Source: Octopus sinensis (lineage: Eukaryota). Taken from it: DNA of 44,431 nt. This document shows, piece by piece, positions 25,666 to 37,617 of the stretch (position 1 is the stretch's first letter; each line of letters starts with the position of its first letter). Position numbers and translations under genes: made by a program. The notes beneath the pieces were generated by a model. That model did no database searches, had not been told where the DNA came from, and saw only the letters and a list, made by a program, of their open reading frames with translations. Location of the stretch: contig NW_021829877.1 in NCBI RefSeq assembly GCF_006345805.1, positions 1 to 44,431 on the forward strand. The letters run 5' to 3'.

Positions 25666-25933
25666 ATATTATTTTTATCGTATTTGTATTTGTGTAACAT
25701 TGTCCGATTTTTCCCGTCCTTGTTTTTGTATACATTCGCTGCTTTCTTCCAAGGAATCTAATGCTCTTAGCTTAGTTTTTCAGCCGAAATTGCGAGGATA
25801 ATCTGGTGCTTGACTGAGGAAAGAAAATTTCGAATGACCTTGTTTTCTTTGTATCGTCTATCTGGATGTTTTATTGTCCCATTTTTGTATTACCTAGCTG
25901 TCCGGATGTTTTACGTTCTTGTCCCATTTTGTA
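24101..25933. repeat. Direct tandem duplication of about 900 bp (24101-25004 and 25005-25933)
   Basis: gaatagatgtatgcctgggtg at 24119 and 25023. The copies differ mainly in TA and CA repeat lengths. Confidence 0.97.
24740..25004. mobile_element. Unclassified dispersed repeat (also at 25670-25933 and 36735-37005)
   Basis: Shared ccaaggaatctaatgctcttagcttagttttt, cagccgaaattgcgaggat and cttgactgagga blocks. Confidence 0.7.
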
Positions 25934-25944
25934 TTATATATATG

Positions 25945-26014
<70 letters not shown>

Positions 26015-26018
<4 letters not shown>

Positions 26019-26231
26019 AGGGGCTGCAGTAAAGTTCCTGGCTTGAAGGATGTCGCAAAAGGCCTGGCTGGAGGTTCAACCCTCCGGGTCCTTTTACAGG
26101 GCTTAGAAAAACTGAAAGACCGCTGCAATAAGCGTGTGGATCTGAGGTGGAGGGAATATGTTGAATAAAATCAACTGATCCGTCTATATTTTCTTTTACC
26201 CAAGCCAGCAAGTTTTCAGCACCCACTCGCA
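26015..26231 (+). mobile_element. MITE-like internally deleted mariner
   Basis: Imperfect TIRs tgccaggggctgcagtaaagttcctggctt and aagccagcaagttttcagcacccactcgca. Internal GLEKLKDRCNKRVDLRWREYVE* resembles the mariner C-terminus. Confidence 0.75.
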
Positions 26232-26316
26232 TCCATTCTCGCCACTTTCATCTACCTTTCAGCAAACTAACTAGAAGACAACACTTCCTTTCTAGACTTA
26301 TCTTCCTTTTCAAGTG

Positions 26317-26526
26317 AAAGGCAAAGTCGACCTTGGCGGAATTTGAACTCAGAACGTAGCGACGGGTAAAAATACTGCTAAGCTTTTCGCCCAGCATGCT
26401 AACGATTCTGCCAGCTCGCCACTTTAGTAATAATCCTTTCTACTACAGGCACAGGGCCAGAAATGTTTGGGAAAGCCTTCTAGACAATTATTGACGTCGA
26501 CGGCATTTGAACTCAGGACGTAGAAA
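26317..26526 (-). mobile_element. Two adjacent SINE-B fragments
   Basis: Head and core at 26317-26422; tail-B plus a deleted core at 26430-26526. Confidence 0.75.
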
Positions 26527-26527
26527 C

Positions 26528-27005
26528 GATGATGATGGATGTGGTCGTATTAATGATGATGATGATGATGACGATGAAAACGACGACGACGACGATAACG
26601 ATGATGATGAAGATGATGATGATGACGACGACAACGATGACGAAGATGATGATGATGGCGATGATTATAATGACGATGACGATGATGACGTTGATGATGA
26701 AGATGAACGATGATGATGATTAGGATGATGATGAGGCTGATGATGAAGATGATGATGATGGCGACGACGACGACGATGATGGCGACGACAACGATGATGA
26801 TGACGATGATTATGATGACGATGATTATGATGACGATGACGATGATGACGATGATGGCGATGATGATGACGATGATGATGATGATGATGATATAATTATG
26901 ATGATGGCGATGACGACGATGAAGATGATGACGATGACGACGATGAAGATGATGATGAAGATGATTATGATGATGATGATGAAGAAGAAAATGATGATGA
27001 TGATG
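26528..27005. repeat. (GAT/GAC)n array
   Basis: Directly visible. Confidence 0.97.
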
Positions 27006-27259
27006 ACGGTATATAAACCAGTTACACTGTAAAAGAGCCGAGAACGCCGAAAGTAATGACAACCGCGACTATTACACAACTAACTCTACAAAATAATAAC
27101 AACAACAGCAATGACAACTACATAAACAATGTACAATTGTGAGGATGATGAGATTAGAAAAGCAGGCACACAGTTACAATAACATCAACACGAAGAACAC
27201 AAAGAAAAAGGAAGATGGATGAGTTGCCAAGGGAATACTCGGTTGTCCTCCTTCTCTTT

Positions 27260-27443
27260 CTTATCATCATCATCATCGTCGTCGTAATCGTTATCATCAT
27301 CATCATCATCATCATCAGTATCAGCAGCAGCAGCAGCTCCTCTTCCTCCTCCTCCTTTTCATTATCATCATCATCATCACCCCTCCTCATCATCGTCCTC
27401 ATTACCACCCCACCATCATCAGCACCACCAACGCCCCACCACC

Positions 27444-27481
<38 letters not shown>

Positions 27482-27600
27482 CAACCACTACCATCACCAT
27501 TGGTTGAAGCAACAACAGCAGCAGCAGCTCAGCAGCAATATCTTTGGAATCGTCTCATCATCATCATCATCATCACCATCACCATCACCCATCACTACAA

Positions 27601-27631
<31 letters not shown>

Positions 27632-27830
27632 CATCAACATCATCACCATCATCATCATCATCATCATCTTCATTATCATCCTCATCATTATCACCATCAC
27701 CAGCTCCTCCCATTATCATCATCACCTTTCTCCTTAGCATCGTTCTTTTTCACATCTACTGTAACTCCTCCCCTCCTCCCCTCCTCCCCTCCTCCTCATT
27801 ATCATCATCATCCTCATAATTATCGTAACG
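27260..27830. repeat. Compound trinucleotide low-complexity tract (CAT, CAG, CCT, CAC, TAC)
   Basis: Directly visible. Confidence 0.95.
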
Positions 27831-27891
27831 CTCTTTCACCACCTTATTCTGTATCACTACGTTTATCATTACAAACATGCATAATATCAGT

Positions 27892-28105
27892 TTCAAATTT
27901 TGGTACAACGCCAGCAATTTCGAACGAAGCGGGTAGGTCGATTACATTGATCCCGGTATTCAACTAGTACTTATTTTACAAACTCCGAAAAGGATGAAAA
28001 GCAAAATCGACCCCGGTGGCATTTGAACTCAGAACGTAAAGTCGGAAGAAATGCTGCTAAACATTTTTTTTTTCTGGCGCGGTAACGATTCTGCCAACTC
28101 ACCGT
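27892..28105 (-). mobile_element. SINE-B, diverged
   Basis: aaggatgaaaagcaaaatcgaccccggtggcatttgaactcagaacgtaaag...aacgattctgccaactcacc. Confidence 0.8.
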
Positions 28106-29010
28106 CATACCAACATGGATGCTATCAACAATAGCAAAATTAACATCATATTCATCTAAAACAAGAAAATTGTAGCAAAGCTGCGTGATGCTGGTGTCAG
28201 ACGTGGCATGCAGACCAATCATATAACTTGTTTTATTGTTCTCTTCTGTTTTATTTTGACATGCGCATTGCGTTTTTATACTTACCTTCCGTTTTACGAA
28301 TTCAGTGTGCACATCACATTGCGTGTTCGCACTTCTCTTTCCGGTTCCTACTCAGAACTTGTTTATAGATCACAACCATCTAATGAACGTGCGTTTGTGA
28401 GGAGCGTTTAGTGCTCCGATGGTTGTGAGATAATCAACGACAAAAAAAAAAAAAAAATTGATGAAGGTGATGATGATGACAATGGTGGTGGTGGTGGTGG
28501 TTGTCTTCGTCGTGGAGCGTCGGAGTTGTGATGAATATTCTGGTGAAGATCTCGTAATGAGTATCACGATAAAGAAATAGAGAGTAAAAGAAATATAATA
28601 TAACAGTTTGTTAAAACGAAACGGGAATGCGGTTCTGTGGAGCTCATGCATTTCTCGAGAACTACAGCTGAGTGTAGTAAATTAGTTTTATAACTACAAA
28701 CGATTCCAAGAATTTTAGTTCGAGTCGCATTTCCTGTTACTCTCCTGTACTTCTCGAAACTTCTGCTGTTTAACCTACTCTTTCTTTTGTCCTTTTCTTG
28801 TATTTTTTGTATTTAATCTTTATTAATTAAATATCTAAAAGTAAAAAGAAATTTTTTTTCAAGTTATCATTAATAGAAATCATACTTTTTGCCATAGGCA
28901 CAAAGCAATGCTTTCGTTTTTACGTTTCGTATTTAGTCAAACGCTGTGTTTTGTCGAATCTCTAAGTTAAAGGGGGCGTGAACAAACCAACGCCGGGCTA
29001 TCAAACAGTT

Positions 29011-29423
29011 TATCTTTCTTTTATCTTTTACCTGTTTCAGTCAATAGACTGCAACCATGATGGAACCGCCTTGGAGAAATTTTAGTCGAACGAATCGATC
29101 CCAGGATTTATTTTTTTATGAAGTCTGGTATATATTTTATCTTCACTATTGCCGAACCTCTAAGTTACGGGGACGTAAACACACCAGAACCGGTCACTCA
29201 GCAGTAACGGCGGAAGGGGTAAAAATGCGTGCGTGAACACACACATGCACATGCACATACATACTCACATATATATGTATATACGATGGGCTTCTTTCAG
29301 TTTCCGGCTATGAAATCCACTCACAAAGCTTTGGTCTGCCGGAGGCTATAATAGAAGTCACTTGCCCAAAGTGCCTCGCTGCGGGATTGAACCCGGAACC
29401 ATGTGACTGGGAAGCGAACTTCT
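29011..29423 (-). mobile_element. SINE-A lacking its first ~20 nt, joined to the SINE-B array
   Basis: 3' module 29011-29215, internal CA/TA repeat, core and head 29283-29423. Confidence 0.85.
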
Positions 29424-30393
29424 TATTTCTTTATTACCCACAAGGGGCTACACACAGAGGGGGACAAACAAGGACAGACAAACGGATTAAGTCGATTACA
29501 TCGACCCCAGTGCGTAACTGGTACGTCAAGTTATCGACCCTGAAAGGATGAAAGGCAAAGTGGACTTCGGCGGAATTTGAACTCAGAACGTAACGGCAGA
29601 CGAAATACCTATTTCTTTACTACCCACAAGGGGTTAAACACAGAGGGGGACAAACAAGGACAGACAAACGGATTAAGTCGATTACATCGACCCCAGTGCG
29701 TAACTGGTACTCAAGTTATCGACCCCGAAAGGATGAAGGCAAAGTGGACGTCGGCGGACGGAATTTGAACTCAGAACTAACGGCAGACGAAATGCCTATT
29801 TCTTACTACCACAAGGGGTTAAACACAGAGAGGACAAACAAGGACAGACAAACGGATTAGTCGATTACATCGACCCCAGTGCGTAACTAGTACGTCAAGT
29901 TATCGACCCCGAAAGGATGAAAGGCAAAGTGGACTTCGGCGGAATTTGAACTCAGAACGTAACGGCAGACGAAATGCCTATTCTTACTACCCACAAGGGG
30001 TTAAACACAGAGAGGACAAACAAGGACAGACAAACGGATTAAGTCGATTACATCGACCCCAGTGCGTAACTGGTACTTAATTTATCGACCCCGAATGGAT
30101 GAAAGGCAAGGTGGACTTCGGCGGAATTTGAACTCAGAACGTAACGGCAGATGAAATACCTATTTCTTTACTACCCACAAGGGGCTAAACACAGAGAGGA
30201 CAAACAAGGACAGACAAACGGATTAAGTCGATTACATCGACCCCAGTGCGTAACTGGTACTTCAATTTATCGAACCTGAAAGGATGAAAGGCAAGGTGGG
30301 CTTAGGCGGAATTTGAACTCAGAATGTAACGGCAGACGAAATGCGGCTACGCATTTCCCCCGGCGTGCTAACGTTTCTGCAAGCTCGCCGCCT
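29424..30393 (-). mobile_element. SINE-B with one head and five tandem 182-187 bp body+tail-A units
   Basis: Units start on + at 29424, 29610, 29797, 29979 and 30161. A single complete head lies at about 30345-30393. Confidence 0.95.
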
Positions 30394-31146
30394 TGGGAAG
30401 CAAACTTCTTAAGACACAGCCGCGCCTGCGCTGTTGGGGAACAAGTACAAACATACGCACGCACATTTATACTCCGAGCTTCCACACACTTACCATCTGC
30501 CAAATTTACTCACAGGGTATCGGTCATCCCAAGAACTATTACAGAAGCTATTTGCTCAAAGCGAGCTTCTCAACTGCACAACAATGCCTACCACGAAGCG
30601 ATAAAAGCAAACTAAAATAAATAAATATTACAATGCTTTGTAGTAAAACATAACATGAAATATTTGTTCAATTATTCAAAATGACAGAAAGAAAATATAT
30701 AGCTTTACTGCAATCTTATTTCTATTGCGTGCGTTCATTGGATTACAGAGAAATGGTCTGTGTGCCTTGGGTATCTGAAGTGTTTTCTTTAGGTTTATAT
30801 CTTCTGTTTTATTGACGGTACTCTACATAATATGTGTGCAGTGACTAGGATTACTCATTTCAGGTCATGTATTTATGTATTTCCCAAGACATCTATTTAT
30901 TATAGAGATTCGTTCTGTCTTTTTTTTGTTTTATTTTTTATTCAGTCTCCACATTCTAGCTAACGCTATCTCTCTATATATAGGCAGAGGCAAAGTTGTG
31001 CGTTCAAGACGCTCATTTTGCAACGAAATGCTTTCAATTTTAGTCCCACTCTGCAGCATCTTGGTCAAATGTGTCCCCCTCCGGCCCCGAGTCGAATAAT
31101 GCCACGTGAATGTATTTGGCAGACGGAAACTGTGCGGACGCCTGTC

Positions 31147-31231
<85 letters not shown>

Positions 31232-31789
31232 GCGGTTGAGTATATGTCCGGTCATAGAGTGACCAATGGTTTATCGTCCATACAGCTCTTAGCTTTATGG
31301 ATGGCTCGTCAGACTCTTCAAATTGTGGAGGTAGAATCCCGTTACAGTGAGTTGGTAAACAAAGAACAAACCATCTGGGGCGCCCAGGACTGTTTATCGC
31401 CCTTAAACTACTTTAATTGACAGTCCTTATGCGTTAAAATGGCGAACAGAGAACTCCGCCCTTAAGTTTCTTCCTGTTTGTAAGGACTTTTTCGGATCTA
31501 ATCGATGAATAAGGAAACCTATGCTTGCAGCAGGTAGCATTTGCAATGGAGCCAAAAGCTATAAATATAATGTCTGGGATTTAATAATCCTGGAATCCTA
31601 TATGAACAGGGGCACACGCCACAAGCTTTCGATAGCTGAGCGAGCTAGGATCCTCAATGACACCCTAGAATCAAGATTATTAAATTCCCAAACATGAGAT
31701 TTAGAGCCCCTGCCTCCATTTCAAACGCCACCTGCTGCAAGCATGGGATATTCCATTCATCGAGTAGATCCGAAAATGTCCTTACGAGC

Positions 31790-31966
31790 TGGAAACAACC
31801 TAACGACTTGAACAAGTGAATTGCTTATAGTAGGTGCACAAGTGTGCCATATGCCAGGCGTCGAGATGATCGGGGATTTGCCCATGAACGCAACGCACCA
31901 CTCGATCCGAGAATCGAATCCATGATCAAGTGACCGTGAATGCAACACCCAAACCACTAGGCCACG
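31790..31966 (-). mobile_element. Diverged tRNA-derived SINE fragment
   Basis: Reverse complement gives gtggcctagtggttt (A box) and gattcgattctc (B box), then gcgttgcgttcatgggcaaatc. Confidence 0.6.
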
Positions 31967-32029
31967 TATATATATATTATAATATATACATACATATATA
32001 TATACTATTATATATATATATATATATAA

Positions 32030-32182
32030 ATATAGTGTGAGAGAGAGAGAGAGGTTTACGTTTCCTTCGTCGGAAGGGAGAAAAGGAGAGGTCCAAAGAA
32101 GAAGACAAGAGAAATGCAAACCACACGTGTGCGGTTACATTGCTGAAGCGAATATACATGTATATATATATATATACATACA

Positions 32183-32243
<61 letters not shown>

Positions 32244-32268
32244 ATATATAATATACATATACATATAC

Positions 32269-32320
<52 letters not shown>

Positions 32321-32455
32321 TGTGAGAGAGAGAGAGAGGTTTACGTTTCTTCGTCGGAAGGGAGAAAAGGAGAGGTCCAAAGAAGGAAAGAATATGCAAA
32401 CAACACGTGTGCGGTTACATTGCTGAAGCAATATACATGTATATATATATTAATT
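32030..32455. repeat. Tandem duplication, period about 285 bp, bounded by (TA)n
   Basis: tatagtgtgagagag...ggttacattgctgaagc at 32031 and 32316. The second copy mostly carries small deletions. Confidence 0.93.
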
Positions 32456-33349
32456 ATAATATTATATATTTAGGCATATACATGTGCATAAATAAGTACA
32501 TGCATTAATACACTCAATTATGCAGATGAAGACATACAAAAGAATTATGCTCATGGACATATGTGCATATACAGATGCATATAGATATACACTTTCATAC
32601 ATACGTACACACTTAGCTCCGTACGTATCACCACACGTAGATACATACATTGGTAAATACATAATACATACATACATACAATTTAAAAGCAACCCAAAGC
32701 TAGATTTCTTTCTTGGATTTCACCACCACCACCACCACCACCACACCTCCACTTCTCAATTTCCCTCCTCTTGCTGCTCTCTCGATCTCTTCCTTTGCCT
32801 CTGCCTACAACAACAGTCAAGATTGTCTTTACACAATTAAATAGAGAAAAGTTAGAAAATCTGTCAAGTGTTTGAGCAGCAGCGAAGTTTAGCTTTTCAG
32901 CTTAAGACAGCGTGACTAAAGGCGTCCATATTCGTTCCTTGGGGAACAATCTCGCGAGATCTGCTTACTTCTCGTCACATCTGTTTTTCTCAACATGTGA
33001 CCAAACTTTCGACGGTAGAGAATCTCCGTGGGCCTGTTGCAGTTCTTGTTTTTCGTTTTTGCTCTTTCCTTGTAATTTAACTTACATTTTTACATATTTA
33101 TTTCGATTTTTTTTTATTTCAAATTTACCAGTCCCTATTAACCTATTATTTACTGTTTTAGCTGCAGTTTTAGTGTTGTTGGTGTTGTTGTGGTTGTTTT
33201 TATTGTTACTGTAAGTCGTTGTAGCTTTCGTTTTTTATTGGTCATATTTGTTATTTTTGTTGTTATTGTTGTCGATGTTGCGAAGATGATGGTGGTGGTA
33301 TTGTTTTATCATTCTTTTTTATGTAGTTTTCGTTTTTTCTTGTTGATTC

Positions 33350-33376
33350 GAATCCTACTCTTCTTCTTCTTTTTCT

Positions 33377-33408
<32 letters not shown>

Positions 33409-33990
33409 TTCTTCTTCTTCTTCTTCTTCTTCTTCTCTTCATCTCCTTTCTTCTTCTTCTTCTTCTTCTTCTTCTCTTCTTCATCTCCTTCTTCTTCTTC
33501 TTTCTTCTTCTTCTTATTCTCCTCCCTCTTATTCTTCTTTTCTTCTTTTCTCTCCTCCTCTACTCTTATTTCTTCTTCTTCTTCTTCTCCTCCTCCTCCG
33601 CCTCCTCCTCCGCCTCCTCCTCCTTCTTCTTCTTCTTCTTCTGCTGCTGCTGCTGTTGTTGTTAAGCAACAAGCCGGGTAAGGGTGATTAGGTGATGGTC
33701 TAGGGCTTAGGGGCGGGAGATCCCAGACCCTGGAAAAAAAAAACTTTGGTCGTCTTGTAGTTGAGGGCTCTTCGTTGACGCCCGACACCACTGGGAGGTG
33801 ACCCTCGAAGTCGCTGGAAATGGAGATCTACAGGTCAAAATTCTTGAACGGCTGCTGCTACCATTACTAATTGTTGGTATTGTTGTTGCTGTTATCAATA
33901 TTATTATTTCTATTATTATTATTATCATCATCATCGTTATCAACACCAGCATCGTCATCATCATCATTACTGTCACTATTATTATTATTA

Positions 33991-34050
<60 letters not shown>
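33350..34050. repeat. (CTT)n/(CCT)n tract (33350-33660) and (TTA/TCA)n tract (33880-34050)
   Basis: Directly visible. Confidence 0.95.
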
Positions 34051-34051
<1 letters not shown>

Positions 34052-34186
34052 TCCGCCGAAGTCGACTTTGCCTTTTTATCCTTTCGAGGTCGATAAATTA
34101 AGTACCAGTCAAGTACTGGAGTTGATGTGATCGATTTACCCGCTACGCACAAGCTTCAGGTCTTGTGCCTATAGTAGAAAGGATTG
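34050..34186 (+). mobile_element. SINE-B core with tail-B
   Basis: ttccgccgaagtcgactttgcc...gtcgataaattaagtaccag...tcttgtgcctatagtagaaagg. Confidence 0.8.
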
Positions 34187-34200
34187 TTATTATTATTATT

Positions 34201-34204
<4 letters not shown>

Positions 34205-34232
<28 letters not shown>

Positions 34233-34715
34233 GTTGTTGTTATTGTTGTTATTGAGTGAGAGAGCAATGCTTGTCATCAAAGTGACACTTGAGTAAAATA
34301 TACGATGCCCAGTATGCCCATCGTGACTACCCGTCTGATAAGGTTACACCAGGCACATGTATCACAACCATATGTGCGCAACATAGTGATCTCATATCAA
34401 AATGAATAGCGCATGACCTTGCAGGTGGGACCCAGTTCGAATTTTTTGTTCAGGTCGAGCAGCCCATCCTGCTTAAAGGACACTGAATAAGGGTTGTTTA
34501 AGGATGTTGAACGAAACACCTATGTTTAGAGCGGTGAATTATTCAAACCCCAAAGAATTCCTCTGAACACATGGCTACGATACTCCCGCACCACTCCTGC
34601 TCGTGATCAGAGATGCACATATCGTCAGCCACTAAGTGTCATGCTCAACTGGCTGAGGTCAAACAACTAACAAGCAAATTCGTGGTATTGAGCAAAGTGT
34701 TTGTTGTAACACATC
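34205..34715 (-). mobile_element. Probable retroposon 3' end with (AAC/AAT)n tail, family unassigned
   Basis: Non-coding block ends ctctctcactca directly into an (aac/aat)n tail on the minus strand. It resembles an abundant octopus repeat from memory only. Confidence 0.4.
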
Positions 34716-34749
34716 TATTATTATTATCGTTAAGGCAGCGAGCTGGGTT

Positions 34750-35422
34750 AAGTAACCTCACTCTTTTTCATTCTAGTTGATATACTTTTTGCATTCGTTT
34801 TGTTGTAAATTTGCTCTAAAAATTTGACAACAAAAAGGCAGTGATCTACATTTTGTTTTGACACAATCAAGGAGATATTGTACAACTGAACCCCGAGTGT
34901 CCTGTTGGTCAGCTGCAAGCAGTTTTGGCTCAAACATGGCAGACACGCGTCTCTTACCCGAACCTTCAGTAATAATGGACTGAACTGAACCGTAACTAAT
35001 CTGCACATCTAATAAATCATGGATATTGATTCGACGATTTCTTCTCACAGATGCACGCATGTCTCCCAGAACGTACGCCAATATCGACATTTTTTTGATC
35101 ATCTTGGAAATGGCTGAACCCCTCGTACACTTGTTTGGAGCTCATACACTCCTGTGTATACACATTCTGCAATTTTGCGCAGCCCACCTCCCGAGCAGTT
35201 GGCGCCGTGACAACTTTCTCTGTCATGGTCAATGCGACGATCACACGCTACGCACTTCCTTTCCAAGCACTGCTATAAACAGCGGAAGTGATCTAGAACG
35301 TTACAACTTAGTGCGCAGGCACAGCAGAGCTCTGGGTCAAAACGTGCCGAGCGTCTTTAATCTGCATACTTTACCTTCGTTACTATGGCAACCTTCCGGA
35401 TACTTATTGATCAGACCTTGTA
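34750..35422 (-). mobile_element. Mariner remnant, left TIR and N-terminal HTH region (frameshifted)
   Basis: TIR tacaaggtctgatcaataagtatccgga at about 35395-35422. ORFs give VYTQECMSSKQVYE..F.....VD...RSGR and RRINIHDLLDVQISYGSVQSII...GKRRVSA..EPKLL. Confidence 0.85.
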
Positions 35423-35774
35423 TATATATGTATATGTATATGTATATATATTTGCAAGTGTATATGTATATTGTTGCACGCAGTCGCTGCTCGTATACGT
35501 ATGTGTAAATACTTGTAAATTTATGCTAAAGAATAACAGCGCTGAAGATAGCAGTAGATATAATTTTTTACCTTAAGCTTCAAACGAGATCATGTACACG
35601 TTTAACCAAAAGTTTCGTTCATTATCTTTCTTTTGCTCGACTTCAGCCTGTGTTTTTTTTTTTTAGCTTTTTTTAAGGTGTTGTTGGCGTCATTTGGCGT
35701 CTATTTTCAGGGCGTGTAGAGGTATAATGTCAATCCCTTGTTATAGTTATTATAATACACACACACACACACAC

Positions 35775-35808
<34 letters not shown>

Positions 35809-35810
<2 letters not shown>

Positions 35811-36481
35811 TAGCAGTAATACCCGTCGTTCATCGGATAATTACTTTTACTCTTTCTCAGGAGTCACATTCAAAGTATTGTTATATGTATGATAGATTTC
35901 TCAACGGGGATTTCAGGGGAGAGTTTCAGGGAGTCGCTGGCGATGTATCGTGATGATCAAAAATCCGGCCTGCTAAAATTTGGTTATAGTGATTCAAACT
36001 GCAGACTCAACGCAAAATGGTCACATTTAATTCAAAGCGTTAAAAATGTTATGAAAACAATTGGTATGTGTTCATAAAACAATTGGTATGTGTTCATAAA
36101 GTCCAAACGATTAATAGGAAAAAACCCTTCATTTCTTTGCCGAATTTCTACAATGTTTATGGCGATTCATTTTTATATCTTGATTTTTTATTTTTCATAC
36201 AATTTATAATTGCTTGCACGCGTGGTGAACACAATTCACATCAAATAGCTGACTGAGTAAAGTTCACTATTCAATGCATGGGATAAGGCCTAAACAAACA
36301 CATTATCGATTTTTGCACTTGCGAGATGAATTTCGGAAGAGAAATAAAGCAGTTCAATTTTCATCGCCTAAACTTTAAGTGACCCTTTTTTGTGGTTCTA
36401 CGATTTGTTGGCTAGAGGAGATGTGCCGGGAAGTTAAACACACAGACACACCACACAGACACACAAGTTGAGTGTTATATA

Positions 36482-36490
<9 letters not shown>
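35809..36490 (+). mobile_element. Non-autonomous Helitron/Helentron-like element
   Basis: Begins actagcagtaatacccgtcgttcatcgg (same first 9 nt as 18320) and ends cacagacacacaagttgagtgttatatatata. Confidence 0.6.
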
Positions 36491-36513
<23 letters not shown>

Positions 36514-37014
36514 TGTATATATATATATACATGTATACATTCTCCGTAATTCTTTTATTCCTTTTTTCTCTATCTTCTGTTCTCACGATAGGCCAAACTG
36601 CTAGCCCTTTTGCGTCTGCCACATCAATAATTTTCCCTTTGCCGTAAGGCTTCATTTCCACACACGCTAGTTGAATTCAATCCGTTCCCAGTCGAAAGAC
36701 GCCTGTTGTTATGTCCTGTTATTATTATTATTATTATTGTATTTTGCATTTATATTCGTGTAACATCGTCTGTTTTTCCGTCCTTGTTTTCGTATACATT
36801 CCAAGGAATCTAATGCTCTTAGCTTAGTTTTTCCTTGGGGCTGGCCAGATTGGAGCAATCTCAAGATTAATCAGCCGAAATTGCGAGGATGATCCGGTTC
36901 TTGACTGAGGATAAAAGGCTTCGAATGACCCGTCCTTGTTTTCCTGTATCATCTATCTGGATGTTTTGTTGTCCTTTTTTTATCACCTAGTCCCATTTAG
37001 TATTTTATATATGT

Positions 37015-37061
<47 letters not shown>

Positions 37062-37067
37062 TGTGTG

Positions 37068-37400
37068 AAGGCGCATGGCTCAGTGGTTAGAGCGTCGAGC
37101 TTACGATCGTGAGGTTGTGAGTTCGAATCCCGGACCGGGCTGCGTGTTGTGTTCTTGAGCAAGAAACTTTATTTCACATTGCTGCAGTTCACTCAGCTGT
37201 AGAAATGAGTTGCGACGTCACAGGTGCCAAGCTGTATCGGCCCTTTGCCTTTCCCTTGGACAACAACAGTGACGTGGAGAGGGGAGGCCGGTATGCATGG
37301 ACGACTGCTGGTCTTTCATAAACAACATTGCTTGGACTTGTTCCCGGGAGGGTAACTTTCTAGGGGCAATCCCATGGTCAGTCATGACCGAAGGGGGTCT
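37068..37400 (+). mobile_element. SINE-C full-length with intact Pol III boxes
   Basis: A box tggctcagtgg (37076-37086), B box agttcgaatcc (37120-37130), CORE-like cttgagcaagaaactttatttcac...ctcagctgtagaaatgag. No acceptor-stem partner, so not a tRNA gene. Confidence 0.92.
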
Positions 37401-37405
37401 CAGCA

Positions 37406-37442
<37 letters not shown>

Positions 37443-37541
37443 GCAGAGAGAGAGAGAGAGCGAGAGAGAAAGAAAGAGATAGGCACATGCATACATAGAT
37501 AAATAGATAGATAGACAGATAGATAGACAGAAAGACAGACG

Positions 37542-37617
<76 letters not shown>

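Noticed and set aside
31330-31420. GAQDCLSPLNYFN resembling the RT motif GVRQGCPLSPLLFN
   Set aside because: A single imperfect motif with no flanking RT motifs found.
36592-36643. Candidate 52-nt + strand exon
   Set aside because: Good splice signals only; peptide unrecognised and such sites are common in pyrimidine-rich DNA.
37068-37140. tRNA gene (also 3601-3672 and other SINE heads)
   Set aside because: A and B boxes are present but there is no acceptor stem or terminator, and the sequence continues into a SINE core.
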